DNA of 63,163 nucleotides, counting the filler, from Rhabdomonas costata (Eukaryota): assembly GCA_019059605.1 (NCBI GenBank). It is 35 parts of 35 records of this genome, joined end to end, with 100 filler letters (N's around TTAATTAATTAA, not from the genome) between each part and the next. Parts side by side here need not be neighbours in the genome. Positions count along the whole stretch, not along the records: positions 48,802 to 50,507 come from JAHMHO010010338.1; positions 50,608 to 52,317 come from JAHMHO010010339.1; positions 52,418 to 54,135 come from JAHMHO010010340.1; positions 54,236 to 55,941 come from JAHMHO010010341.1; positions 56,042 to 57,747 come from JAHMHO010010342.1; positions 57,848 to 59,550 come from JAHMHO010010343.1; positions 59,651 to 61,354 come from JAHMHO010010344.1; positions 61,455 to 63,163 come from JAHMHO010010345.1; 27 more parts are not named here. One strand, 5' to 3'. Shown piece after piece: positions 50,404 to 63,163 of this stretch. The notes below the pieces were generated by a model, which did no database searches, had not been told where the DNA came from, and saw only the letters and a list, made by a program, of their open reading frames with translations. Each line of letters begins with the position of its first letter. Position 1 is the first letter of the stretch. The translations under genes and the position numbers were made by a program.

Positions 50404-51461
50404 CTGCACACACGAAATCACGTGAATTGCAAGCACCTAAAACAACAAGACTCTTTTCACTTAAGTGGCAATGTTCTCCACTTTGCTCGCTTCTGCACCA
50501 CCAACACNNNNNNNNNNNNNNNNNNNNNNNNNNNNNNNNNNNNNNNNNNNNTTAATTAATTAANNNNNNNNNNNNNNNNNNNNNNNNNNNNNNNNNNNNN
50601 NNNNNNNGGGGGGGGTGGGCACACGCAGCCCTTCCTGTCCAACATAAATTCTTGCCTCTTTCCGGAATGAACACCAAACGACACACAAGCATCGCGAAAC
50701 CTCGCTTGGTAGACTCCCCTTGTGAAAATCCTACCTACTCGTTCCACCTCTCTCGCTCTCTCTCTCTCGCTCGCTCTCTCAGCCTCTCCCTCTGATTCTC
50801 ACTGCATGCTCTGACAGAACCGGATCCGTTTGTGCAGCCCAAGCAGCATGTTGTGACTCAGAAGTATACGGCAATCACAGAAAAGGAAGTAACAAAACGA
50901 TTTTCAACTGGGTCCCTGAATCGCGGGAGGGGTTGCAAAGCTATAAATAAAACTGAAGACAAAGAAAAATCCGACATCATAAGACAAAAGATGCCACGTA
51001 GTTATTTACACATGCATCCCGCCAGAGCATCCCTTGGGGGAGAATCCAAGCTGCACGAGCAATCGCGTCGCCTCCATTTTAGGGATCATCCTGCATGCCT
51101 GTCAGAAGGAGAGTGATGACAATGAACCCCGCGTAAAAGGAACGGAAAATCCATTTCAAACTTGCTTTCTTGGAAAACCCGATCAGGCTTCCGGAGATAT
51201 CCCCAGTCCCTGAGTTCTAGGAATAACGCAGAAGGACGAGCTTGGCAGAGAGGGAGCGTGTTCCAGAAACAAAGCATAACCCAACCACTGTCGAACGAGT
51301 TAATTTCCACCCCATCCCTCTGAAAGGTTGTTGCTGCGAATTGTCATCTTTTTATGCGGAACCCAGAACATCCCGGTGACTGCGCGTCAAACTCAATTTC
51401 TGGAAAATGTAGGGTAACCAACAAACAATGGATAAAGAAGTCGGTGCAGAAAAGATCCTTT

Positions 51462-52142
51462 TCAGGTGATATATGTGCAGGACTCCCGCCCCAACAGACC
51501 TTGAACTCTGGGTGGCTCAGCAGCCACAGCCGGAAGCTGGCCCGGAACTCCGCGCCTGCCCCATCCCCGAGAGTCGTTGCTCCTCGTGCTCCACGGGCTG
51601 CGAGGCGTCATCGGGTTTCCCATGCAGGCCATTGATCCCGACCGCGGCGTGGATGGGGGGGAGGAGAACGAAGAGGTCTCCTTGGAGTGCACCTTCGATA
51701 TCCGGCCGGAAAAGAACCTTCGAGCACCCGCAGGGGCGTGGCCCTCGATATCGGCTCCAGAGGATCCCACCCGAGTCTTCGGGTGACCTGGCGTCGAGTT
51801 ACTTTCAGGGGTAGGGCTGGATAGCCCCGCCAGCTCCTGCAGAAGATCCGGGCAGACCACCAGCGGGCAAATCCTCTCTGACGTTCCAGGCAGTCGCCGC
51901 TCCCGGTGGGTTGTGGGGAGCTCAGCAGACTTAACAGAAGACGTTTCCCGGCAGCCTGCGGCCAGAACGTCAGAGAACTCACTGCCGCGTGGGGAAGCCC
52001 GGCCACACACCACAGGGGGGGCAGCCGCAAGAGTGACGTCCGGGTGCATCACGGAAAGCCAAGCCATCACCGCAGCGCGCTTCTTCGCCCGTTGGGTGTC
52101 GTTTCGGCAAGAGGACCGTCGCTTCGAAAAAAACGTTCCCAT
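51462..52142 (-). CDS. Low-complexity protein N-terminus with myristoylation-like start MGTFFSK
   Basis: ATG 15 nt after a long pyrimidine tract + CAG; MGxxxS motif; ~225-codon frame. Confidence 0.5.
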   Translation of the reverse strand: MGTFFSKRRSSCRNDTQRAKKRAAVMAWLSVMHPDVTLAAAPPVVCGRASPRGSEFSDVLAAGCRETSSVKSAELPTTHRERRLPGTSERICPLVVCPDLLQELAGLSSPTPESNSTPGHPKTRVGSSGADIEGHAPAGARRFFSGRISKVHSKETSSFSSPPSTPRSGSMACMGNPMTPRSPWSTRSNDSRGWGRRGVPGQLPAVAAEPPRVQGLLGRESCTYIT

Positions 52143-53609
52143 GACTTGGCAGTCAAACTGGAATAAAAGAAAAATGAGAAAAAAGGAAGAAAAAAGAAAA
52201 AGGTTTCCAGAGCTGCAGAGGATAAAAAATCGTTGAGCATAGGAAATATTCATCATCACATATGTAACGCAAGAGAGGTAACCGAAAACAGGGCAAATTG
52301 CGGAAGAACAAAAACACNNNNNNNNNNNNNNNNNNNNNNNNNNNNNNNNNNNNNNNNNNNNTTAATTAATTAANNNNNNNNNNNNNNNNNNNNNNNNNNN
52401 NNNNNNNNNNNNNNNNNGTGGTGGTGGTCTGATGCTGAAGAAAAACAGCATTGCGCAGAAGATCCGACCATGGTGCAGAAGGTCAGGTTGAAGCTTAGCT
52501 TGGTGACTGCAACAATGGGACCAGTCAGGTTGTACAAGGAGGGTTGCGATAGAGAACCATTGAGGAGCAAATCTGACTCTTTACAAGTGGGGGGTGTATG
52601 CGCAGAGTACTGGGCCTCAACCGCTTCAAACAGGACAAGTCTTGAGGCTGAAAAATGAAATTGAAGCCAAACCCATGTTTTTTTCTCTTGACTCTCCATC
52701 CACACCTAAAAATGGATTCTGGACATGCAGGGTCGCCCAGATCTAATTAGCAATATCTGATGGACTGTTAATTTAAGTGGAGGATCGTTATTTTTGCGCT
52801 GGACAACTCACGGAAAGAACTGGGCGTCCCGCACAAACCACCCGTGAGTTTAATGCGCACACCCAGCAATCCTTAGTGAGAAAAATGCCGCCTATCCATC
52901 TTCTCCACCATGCACCATCCTGATCCGTCCAAAATTTTTAGTTTCCAAAACAAAGATCTCAACTGTACACCGGCATTTTCGCTTCAAAAGGAAAGAACGC
53001 TTGAGCTGTGCAGAATCATGGGGAAAAACATCAAAAAAAAAGGGGACGTGAACTAAAGAAACTTAACTTAGAAGACCAGAATGAATTTACCTTGTAAAAA
53101 TAGTAAAACCAAGAAAAAATCGGAGACGAACATTGCATATTCCTACTGCTTATATCATATTACTACGTGGGATTTTCATTTCTGTTGTATGAAAGCCGAA
53201 ACAAAAATATTTGAAAAGAAGCGTGTGGTTCATTTTGTAAATGCCTTGTGGATCAAGAATAGCAGGGATCACAGGGCGAGGAAGGGTACCGAGACAAGGG
53301 TACAGACAGCAAATAAATAAAGCATGTGCAAACCAGCCGCATCGGTTGCTTGCAAGTACTTCCCCGCTTCAGGTATCTTTCCTCCTGTGATCTTAACTGC
53401 TGCTCTTTGATTTTTGCGTTCGTCGCAAGATTCTGTCCATTATGCCCGTGCACAACGAAGCCACATTAATGCCTCTTCAATCTTCAATCCTCCGCAAGCC
53501 TTGTCTTGACAGGATTTTCTCTCCGTTTCTGCTGTTGATCATGCAACGATGTTTTCGAGGGCGTTTTTCCGGACGTGCTAGCGGAAAGCAGGGGTTTGCT
53601 TTTGCTTGA

Positions 53610-53610
<1 letters not shown>

Positions 53611-53642
<32 letters not shown>
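53611..53642 (+). repeat. (TG)16 microsatellite
   Basis: Perfect dinucleotide array; shorter (CA)n runs at ~45513-45535 and ~45936-45961. Confidence 0.97.
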
Positions 53643-53645
<3 letters not shown>

Positions 53646-54279
53646 GCGGGATATGGGGTGCTTTTTCCTTTTTCTTCATCGCTCTTTTCTGCCCTTTTTG
53701 CTGCAATTGGTGCTGCTCAATCCAGCCCACTGTGCATGCCTTATGAGACTTGATGAACGGGTGCTGTTTGTGGAGGTTTTTTAAGGTGCTGTTGGAGTTT
53801 TCTTCTTCTTCTTTTTTTTTCATTTGTTTCGTCCTCAGCAAAAGAGAGACTCCCTTCACCACGGACAAGCTGGGAAAAGTCGTGTACAGACGAAGAGGGG
53901 GAAAAACCCGGGACAGGTACACCGGCATGGCTTTGCCTTCGTTTGGGGACAATTGACCGCTTGACCGTTTTTGAGTCTGATGTGCTGTAGGTGGGTATAA
54001 GTCAAATGATGCAAAACAGTGGCCTGTGGGAGCCCAAAAAATAACGGGAAACGAAAGTTTCAACTGAAGACAGAAAGCGGTTGCACCTGGAAAACAGGGG
54101 CAACATTGCTGTTTTAAATCCAGTCACCAACCCCCNNNNNNNNNNNNNNNNNNNNNNNNNNNNNNNNNNNNNNNNNNNNTTAATTAATTAANNNNNNNNN
54201 NNNNNNNNNNNNNNNNNNNNNNNNNNNNNNNNNNNGGTTTTTGGGGGAGGGAGGGAGGGGAGATTCTTTCTCTCATCAG

Positions 54280-55087
54280 GTTTGGCCAAGAGAAGTTTAC
54301 CGTGGAAGAGTTCCTGGAGTGGGCCGTTTCCCAGGCTGGATTCAAGGAGTGGGTGCAGCGAGCCTTCAGTGGTAACCAGGCCGAGCTGAGGAGGTGTGAG
54401 GTTGCGGTGTTTGCACAGCGGTGAAGACTTACTGAGAAAACTATGTAAATGTGCTGACAAGCAGGATGATGACGTGGCGAAGGAAACATTGCTGGATTCG
54501 TGATTCTGCTGGGCACCTATTTCCTGGTGGGATTATTTCCTGGTACGTCGCTTGATGCCAGCTGTTCGCCCAAATCTTAGTTTGGCCCCAATAGAGGGAA
54601 TTTGGAAAATGACTGTGTTTTTGGTTCCAGGCTCATTTTTCCCAACGACAAAGAAAAAACCACCAAGCATATAGATGCCAAAGTTCACGCATCCAAAATG
54701 CTGCCCAAGCAATTTTGGCACGCACAATATACACAGTTTCTTGATTAACTATGGGACAGTTATGTTTGTATTAAAAAGAAACAAAGAAGCCAAGAAAGCG
54801 AAAAGTTCTCCCCTCAATTCATCCTGGAAAATTGTCCGGACAAGTGCATCCCCCTTTCTAACTCCCTGAGATCAAGTAACCTCTCTGTTTGTGGGCACGA
54901 GGATCTCTTCTGAACGCTTCCAACCGTTGCTCGAATTAACTGCAGGGTGTTGGAGGCTGTCCGCTTGGAGCACTTTGAGGGGGGCTCTGAGCCCGAGGAT
55001 GCTCTGCAGTACATGCGGAGGGTCTATTCCGAGCTCCTCTCCAACCCGCAGATGTGTGAGCATGGGCTAATGCAGCACTACGAGGAG
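54280..55087 (+). CDS. Two exons of an unknown helical protein
   Basis: FGQEKFTVEEFLEWAVSQAGFKEWVQRAF (54280-54392) and VLEAVRLEHFEGG...LMQHYEE (54946-55087), AG/GT bounded and phase-compatible. Confidence 0.55.
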
Positions 55088-58035
55088 GTCCGCGCCTGTA
55101 GCGGCAGCAGCGGCAGCAGCGGCAGCACAGGCCGACAGGAGCCCAGTTCCTCCTCTCCGCGTTCTTCCTGAGCACATGTTTCCACCTTTGAGGGACAAGA
55201 AAGTTGAGGCCACGACCATTCTGTTGGGTCGCTCACTGGCCTTGCCAGCCCCTCGCTTGCTTGAGGTCAGCTTCCCCGGAGCCACCGTGGCCCACAGAAG
55301 TGAGGGGATACCCTCGTTTCGCTGCATGAGGAATTATACCCGTAACAGCGCACCGATCGATCCCTTGGGTACCTTGCACAAGGCCTTTTACGTATCGTGG
55401 GCCGATGTAATTGGGTAGCATGTTCTTTTTGGAACTGTCTATTTGAGCGGAGCTCGCTTGAACATTCTTCAGTTGTATTTCTGGACTTTTCTTTCTGGCA
55501 CGCGTGGAAGCTTGTGTGCCCATTTTCTTTTGCTGAACGTCTGGGAACGGAACAGCTTCCAACCGAATCGTCTTGGAGTGCTGTTGTGAAGTGAGACATG
55601 TGGAACCTCATCCAAAAGTTGCTTTGAGGGTGAAACAAGGTGTCCACGTCGGTCACAAAGTGAGGTTTTGCCGTCATCCATTGCTTTGGTTGGATTCCGA
55701 GTATTGAAGGCTATATTTTTGGAATGTCAGCAATCCAACGAGGTTACTGTCTTCTTTATTGGAACTATTCTTTCTTCGTCTTTCTTTGTCATCCTTTATC
55801 CCAGCAAAGTCATCCTGCTGTACTTTCTCTGGTTGCCAGTTTTCTCTCCGCGAGGCGCGGGGCTATCGCCCCCTGCACACACATTACAGAACCCCTACGA
55901 TAACTCACATCCACCCAAAAAACCCCCAACCACACCCAACCNNNNNNNNNNNNNNNNNNNNNNNNNNNNNNNNNNNNNNNNNNNNTTAATTAATTAANNN
56001 NNNNNNNNNNNNNNNNNNNNNNNNNNNNNNNNNNNNNNNNNGGTGGTGGGGGCAAGAATATGCCGACCATTGCCGATCATATGGAACGGAAAGGTATGCA
56101 ATGACTCGCCCTCAGAAAAATGGAAAGCCAGTCAGTGGGAATCCGCGTTGGCCGCGATTCCCATTATCTTTCTGATACCATACCTTCCCTTCTCCACTGT
56201 CGGTGAAATGAAATGGGGTGGAAACGTGAGCCGAAACCAAATCCGCAAGATACAATTCGGTCATTGTACAAATATGATCAAATGCCCTCCTCTCCAGCTT
56301 CCTCAACTGATTCACTCTTTCATTCCGGAGAAAAGTGCGCCCCTGAAAACGCCCCAAAACGCCGCTCTTGTGACTTCCTTTCGTTCTTCATTAGTTTAAA
56401 ACAATGAAGAAAAATGAAGACCTGGAAGGGCAACGTCGACCACCTCCCCAGTCTGCTGGGCGTAGCGCCCCCACAGGGTCTTCAAGAAGCCCGTGTTCTC
56501 GGACACCTGACGGAGACAATGGCCCACAAACACAGTCGAGTTCCATTTGGGATGTGCCAAACAAATCCAGACAGCCAAAAACGGAAGTGAAGCCTAAGGC
56601 AGTGGCGTCAGGCACACACACGACACCTGCTCATCCCATCGCCTTTGCTGCTCTTTCCGCAGGGAGTCCACCTCAAAGGTCATCTGTTCGGAAAGAGAAC
56701 AACCGCTTTTCTCTGTGGGTGTATAATGTGTTTGCATCCGTTTGTTTTTGTGGGATAAGATATAGGAAGCTTAAAATCAAGGAAACGGCTCGCAGTGGAT
56801 AAAGTTTGCTACGCAGTTTCATACGAACGAGGAAATTGCGCCACTGAGCGAGCTCGGCCAGAAAGGTTGTGCAGCAAAGTTTGAGCGCAGCCCTTCCCCA
56901 TCCCATTTTACAATATTGGAAAGAGAAACAGGACCAGTACAAGCAACGAGTATAAATTTTCAACCTTCCAACGTTGTGTCCAGGGGAGATATTCGTTCAA
57001 ACTTTAAGATAGGAGGATTCCCTCCGTGTGATCGTCACATTGTCCAGTGTTCAAGTCTGGCGCACACAACAGCGGCACAGATACACAGAGGATAACGTTG
57101 TGCAGGACTGAGGCCGAAAAGAGGCAAAACCAACACATTACGAAAGGAAAAACCAAAAAGCAAGTAACGCGCGAATTTCGATTCCCAAGTGTTCTCTCGG
57201 GGCCCTTCAAACGCAGACTTTTTCGGCGTTGGATATCCCATTTTTGACACCAGATTCAGGGTTCTAATTTTGCGATATAATCTGCACAAGATATTGCAAC
57301 CAGTTCCTGAGGCGTGTGCTGATGCGGGCAGTTTGGGGTACAGATGGAGGGGGAGCTGCCCTTTGCAGCTGCAGCTCCACCGCCTCGTCCTCCGCGGCGT
57401 CCATCATCTCCCCGGCTTCCACCCCGGAGGCCAGGGGCTTTGCCACGCGAGACGGACTCTGCGGCTGGGCCCCCAGGAAGGCTGACACCCGGGCCCGCTC
57501 ACCCTGGGAAATCTTAAGCACGTCCTGAGTGTCAGTCACCCCCAACAGAACTAACAGTACTGGGCAGAGCTGGGCAACACCTACTGGGGCAACGGATGCA
57601 GCAGAGAGTGGGTCGCGAGGCACGTCTCAGTCACAGCCGAAGCTATGACTTGTTTAGAAAACGCCCGAGTTCAAGCTAATACCAAGCGTCATTCAGTCAA
57701 AGGCGACCTGCCAAAAACTATGATCCATCATTGTTGGAAAAAAAAAANNNNNNNNNNNNNNNNNNNNNNNNNNNNNNNNNNNNNNNNNNNNTTAATTAAT
57801 TAANNNNNNNNNNNNNNNNNNNNNNNNNNNNNNNNNNNNNNNNNNNNGTGTTTGACTGAAACCTTGGGCTGACAGTTGATTCGTGCCGTCCCTGAACAAC
57901 GTGCTCCTTTCACGTAGAGTGATACCTCCTATGAAGCCCGCGGCTGATGGCCGTGCGGCCAGCCGAAGGGCCCCCAAGTGGTTTCAGTCAGTCACCTGCC
58001 ATACGGTGCTGCGCGGGAAAACGGTAAATGCAGAC

Positions 58036-59257
58036 CTGCTCGACGACCATGGGGTAGACCAGGAAGAGGATGATAATCGCCGCCCCCATCCAGTACCGCC
58101 TCAGACTACCTCGGACCTCCAGCAGCCGCCCGTGCAGAGAGCTGTCCACGCCGCGCAGCAGCTGGCTAAACACCGAGGCTGCGAAGAAAACAAGAGGAAA
58201 CCCGAGGAGATTCTTTGCAAGCGAGTAACATGGGTAGCGGGCAGTATGAATCTTCAGTTGGGGGGGGGCAAATACAAAAGGGAAATTTACACATCCTCTT
58301 CGCCGGCAATCCCTGACCACTAGGGTTGCCCACGGGTTTCCGGTCCTTTCCCCATGTGCAGGGCCTCACCCAGGCACACCGGTTGACTTCTTCTTTCTGA
58401 ACAGCACATGACGAGAAGGGCGGGAAGAAGCCCTCCCAGGCTTCCTCCCTCATAAAAGCACCTGCCGACCAAATACATCCTCCAGGCTACCCTCTGGGCT
58501 TACCCTCGGGCTCACCCCTGGAAACACCCTTCTCCACAACCCCATGAGGTTTTTCACAGCCCCACCTCCCTCACTCCCAAGCGAGGTAACGGTACAGTGA
58601 GCAAACACAAGCGACCTTTTCTCTGCATGGGCCCCGTGCGTGGGGTGGTAGCCTGGGAGCCCGAGACGCCGGGGGCCTCGCCCTGGGGCGGCGTCAAGGG
58701 TGGCGGAGGTTGGTTTCCGAGCATCGAGGAGGACTGTTCGCGCCTCCGGCGCAGCACGTAGACCAGCCGGAGCAGCCCAGCAAAGGCCCCGCTTAGAAGC
58801 ACAGCCACCACGGGAAGCCCCATCAGCACTGAAGGGTGGCGAAAAAAGGGGGTGGCTTCCCAATTCGAAGGGGGGTGGTGAGCTCCCATTTCGATTCGAC
58901 TCTAGCGTTTTTTTAGGCGAGGTGGGGCGATGGATAGGTCGACAGTTGGAATTGAATCGATTCAATGAAGGAAAAAAGAGGAGGCGTGTCTGCGCTGGGG
59001 TATTATCAAGTGTGTGCTTGTGCGTGTGTCCCCACAATGCCCCTACGCCAGAGGAAGCTGAGCGGCTGTACCATGCACAACTTCCGCTCAGGTTCTGTTC
59101 GAGGAGGGAGAAGGGCACGGCGGGGCGGAGACATACTGATGTATTTGCCATAGAAGCCCGTGGAGACAGCGCAGTCCAGGCTGACCAGGTTGGGGCTGGT
59201 CATCGCGGCCGTGCGCTGGTAGCTGAACATCGACCGCAGGGACTGCGGGTACAGCAT
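58036..59257 (-). CDS. Multi-pass membrane protein exons (protist receptor-like TM domain)
   Basis: YPQSLRSMF...VSLDCAVSTGFYGKYI-MLMGLPVVAVLL and IILFLVYPMVVEQ, with GT-AG borders at 59136/58829. Confidence 0.65.
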
Positions 59258-59650
59258 CTGTGGGAGCGGCCGAAGATGAGACGGACGGAGAACAGAGAGG
59301 TACCCAAACGCTGAACGTCGAAATACGCTCCTCGCGAAGTCAGAGTGCTGGCCATGGCATGATGACATGATGACATGGGGGGCAGGGACAAAAGTTGAGC
59401 CCATAGGGCCGCCCCTTTTCTGCTCTCTCCTTTCTGCTCTCTCTTTCCGAGGAGGAAAAAGTTGGGCTAAAACGGAAGGAAGCCTATACGCACATGCGCG
59501 GTGGGCATTACGGATGCGAATACGAAGGATAAAAAACTGCCCAAAAAAAANNNNNNNNNNNNNNNNNNNNNNNNNNNNNNNNNNNNNNNNNNNNTTAATT
59601 AATTAANNNNNNNNNNNNNNNNNNNNNNNNNNNNNNNNNNNNNNNNNNNN

Positions 59651-60360
59651 CGAGCGGAGCAGCCAGAGGCCACAGTCCCCCGCCAGCAGAGACAACAAAC
59701 CCGTCTCACCAGGATCCGCAGGACAACATCCAAGCCCCAGAGTGGTACCGGTCACTACTGTGGCCAAGTTGGGCACTTCATCAGAGCATGTCCACAGCGG
59801 AGAACCGAGTCACCGATAAATGAGGAGGAGGAGCACAGGGGGTGGGGTAGCGGGTCGGTTGGAGGTGTATACAGAGGGCTTATGGTTGGTTTTGATATGT
59901 CAAACTGTGGCTTGAGATGAGATGATCGCCTGTCTCCAGAGGTGAGTGTGAGCCACACGCTGCCCAGGATGGAGCATGTTGTTGTGCAGAGCTGGGTAGA
60001 GTGTTACAAGTATTGTACGGTAATTGTATCAGTAAGCATGGACTACCGGATAGAAGAGGCGCTGGGATTAATTTGGACGGAGTCATCTTCCTGCGACGAG
60101 GCGCCCTCGACGAACATAAAGGACTTTGCGTGTGTTGCGCACTTCCAGTGAAAACAGCTCGCGTGGCGGGGTCAATGGATTATGACGAGGCGTCGGGAGG
60201 AAGCCTATCGGAGTCTCAACGGAGCCATGAAAGGTTCGAAGTCTACTTCCCCTGCTTTTGAAAACTTTGACTCATGTCATCAAAACGACAGCAGTACCGA
60301 GAGCGACTGCTTCACTGTGCGATGCGGGTTGAGTCTGCGCCGGTTGTGATGCGACGTCAT
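59651..60360 (+). mobile_element. Degenerate retroelement gag(-pol) remnant
   Basis: GHYCGQVGHFIRACP at 59750-59794 is a zinc knuckle with first Cys changed to Gly; surrounding frames interrupted by stops; extent approximate. Confidence 0.5.
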
Positions 60361-61792
60361 CGGTGTGTGTTGCACCCCTTACGTCTGATGCGTCAACTCA
60401 AAAAGATTTCGACTTAACGACAGTCATCGTGCGTTGCGAGACTCCCAACACTGAGGGAACTTCGAGTGACGTGCGTTACGCTGTTGCGGAACCCACATCC
60501 AACCGCGAAACAGAATCACTGTCACGTGAGATGCGGTCAGTGCCACTGTCAAGCGATCCAAACCTGCTGTCACGTGCGATGCTGTCAGCAGGTGAGGACA
60601 GTAACCCGCAGAAGACAGACCCAGACCGACGTGCAATGCGCAGTGTGGGTTAAATACTGGAAGCCATCCGGAGCCACCGTCACGTACGATGCGGTCGGCG
60701 CCTCTGATTGGCAATGCTACGCCTCTTCCGCGTGTGTTGCGGACAGCGAAGAAGAAGCCGGCTCTGTTGCGACAGCCAGTGAAGGGTAGTAGTACCAGTA
60801 TGGTTAGCAGGAGTGAGAACGTGGAGGTGCTTGAATCACCCAGACAGAAAAAAAGCGTGAGGGAGAAGGGTTTTGTGCAGTTAACGCTGGGAGATCGACC
60901 AGGAATGCTAACACTACCGTATTATTCTTCTTTTTCCCAACCACCACTTTTTGCAAGCACTACCGGTTTTCTACCCAAAGAACTAACACTGAAAGCTTTG
61001 TTTCACCGAAGTTGAAGTTTCCATTGAAAAACACTTGGGAAAAATGTCGGATCCAGGAGCTTCAGATTGTTACCTTTGGGAATTATGTAGTGCCATCCAT
61101 GTTGGATTCATGAGCTTCAGATTGCTTTATGAGCAAAGCCCTGGTCACTGAACTTCAACTCCAGCGCAAGCGTCTGAAGCAGCTGATATCAGTCAGAGTC
61201 GCTAACGGAACCACCTTGGTGGTCGCAATTTGTCCGGGTGTCCTCCTTGTGTATCCTGATCCTGATGGAGAAGACACCCATGGCAGTCCTTTTCAACTTG
61301 TCCTGCCATCCGAAGATCAAAGTATAGATCTAATGCCCCCAGCCAGTACAACAANNNNNNNNNNNNNNNNNNNNNNNNNNNNNNNNNNNNNNNNNNNNTT
61401 AATTAATTAANNNNNNNNNNNNNNNNNNNNNNNNNNNNNNNNNNNNNNNNNNNNGTTGTTTTGGGAGAAAGCTGCCGAAGTGCCGGACCGCGTTGATGCA
61501 CTGAATTAAAGCGCAGGAGTTGGGGGGGTGGGAACCCTCTTCGCTGGGTGACTTACGACATGGCACCGTGGGACCGCAGCGGGAGCTGGAGGAGGAAGAG
61601 ATAGCAAGGGTGTCATAATTTGAGCTTTGGTGTGAAATCCGTGCGGAGCCGCACGCCGTGTTTTTCACGGTCTTTGCGCACCCGGGTTTGATGCATTTTT
61701 ACATGGCCGTTTGGCCCATACACCGCATCATTCAATGCTCCTCCACTCCAGCTGGGTCCCTTTCCTCAGGCAGTATAGCCTTCGGTGTGAGT

Positions 61793-61895
61793 GTGAGTGA
61801 GTGAGTGAGTGAGTGAGTGAGTGAGTGAGTGAGTGAGTGAGTGAGTGAGAGAGAGTGTGTGTGTGTGTATGTGTGTGTGTATGTCTGTGTTTGTG
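61793..61895 (+). repeat. Compound microsatellite (GTGA)14 + (GA)n + (GT)n
   Basis: Direct reading; may be the tail of a decayed LINE at 61455-61790. Confidence 0.95.
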
Positions 61896-63163
61896 TGGAT
61901 AATCTTGTTGATGAGCCCCCGTTTCCATTGCAACGCTATAAAAATTACATCCCAGGTCATAAGCAAATTAACTCGACCCAAAAACTCCCAGGATGACGTT
62001 AACTAGTAGAAAAAAAATGTAGAGTTGCGAGGTGCTTTATCTTTTTTTTTTGCACAAGCACACACACTAAAGCGATCAGGCACAACTGTGGAACAAAAAA
62101 ATATTTACCCAATGTCGTGTCAAGTGTGTAGTCTCCGAGAAAGAGAGACACCCGAGGTGAGTTTATTTGGTCTCGTTGGGGTTGGGGGGTTATCAACGCT
62201 ATGAAGGGGGGCACTGCTAATAAAAACCAAGCTCACGTGCTGCAGCATGATCAAATAAGTAGTTGTTTTAAATGCATGTGGTTATGCTCGCACCGCGAGA
62301 GGAAGGCCAAACTTCTTGTCGAACAGCAACCGCAAAAACAGGCTGCACGCCCTGAAAGAAAGGATGGAAATTTTGTCAAGGGTGATTGTACTGCAAAGGA
62401 CACCACTGCAATGCTGACATCACAGAAATACTGCAATATACCACAGCGCAGGGTGCTTCACCAGGGTGTTTCCGTCTTCTGTTCATGACCATACTCTTAT
62501 AACAAAATAAATGCACACCCAGCTCGCAAATACGCGCACTTGAATACGGGAGCAGCGCAATCTTGGCGATAGCAACAGCGGTGTGAACCGTCAGTTTTCT
62601 GCAGAAGCTTGAAAGAAAATCGAAACCCTCAACATATGCAGTTTGCCGACAATACTGCTCCTTTTTGCACGTTTCGTGAGACCAAACAAAAAATTGCTGA
62701 ATAGATTTGGTCCTCCAAACCAACGGTGCAAAGGCGCAACAGCATTATCGGTATGGATTTGTGGGGGATTGAGAAGGAAGGCAACAAAGAGAGAAGCGCC
62801 GAAAAAGATCGGTCAGGACGGGAGGAGGAGTTGCTTTTGAGTTCAACACAACTCACCACTCATCCCCCGTGACACCGGATCCAATTCCTTGTCAAGTAGA
62901 CATAGAGCAGGACAGCGATAATTTTCGGGCGAAGGCCAGCGGCGCGCAGGCCAGAGCGGGCAGCTGCCGGCCTTCGAAGTCATTCTTAAAGCACGCTCCC
63001 TTAGAAAAATTGTTACGACTGGGAACCGTCAGTTGCTACTGGTTACCTGCAGGATCCCTAACCTTGACAGCACCCAATGTGTGCAAATTGTTTTGCAAAG
63101 TATAAAATGCAGACAATGATAAAACGCCCCAATTGGTGATACAGGAAGCAACGAGCCACCACT

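Noticed and set aside
56790-56858. tRNA-like start GCCGAGCTCGCTCAGTGG on the minus strand
   Set aside because: No T-arm/B-box or acceptor-stem partner; no tRNA, rRNA, snoRNA or spliced-leader gene could be supported in the window.
1702-61454. Regularly spaced TTAATTAATTAA as a CRISPR-like or biological repeat
   Set aside because: Always embedded in 44+44 N; a synthetic six-frame-stop contig linker.

Overview
This window is not one locus. It is an artificial concatenation of 35 short contigs (~1.7 kb each) joined by 100-nt linkers (44 N + TTAATTAATTAA + 44 N). Most contig ends carry G/T-only (5') or A/C-only (3') tails, and one contains GTGTTGGGTGTGTTTGG, pointing to GenomePlex-type whole-genome amplification. 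The DNA is from an intron-rich eukaryote, probably a euglenozoan (euglenid-like) protist: a PCTAIRE-type CDK, several receptor-type class III nucleotide cyclases, short exons with GT-AG introns, and AG acceptors just upstream of start codons. Gene fragments I rebuilt by hand-splicing: glucosidase II alpha, exportin-4, CRK1-like CDK, two cyclases plus a Cache-like exon, a cNMP-binding channel domain, a zinc-finger/ADP-ribosyltransferase, acyl-CoA thioesterase, alpha-SNAP, GT61 glycosyltransferase, ThrE-type transporter and a degenerate DEAD-box protein. The most notable item is an isolated exon of a bacterial-type cobalamin biosynthesis enzyme (CobB/CbiA) with apparent splice sites. Repeats include degenerate LINE 3' ends running into microsatellite tails, gag zinc-knuckle remnants, an ~80-bp dispersed element on three contigs, and several hairpins. 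All protein calls come from motif recognition by eye; no searches were run, and nothing can be inferred across linkers.
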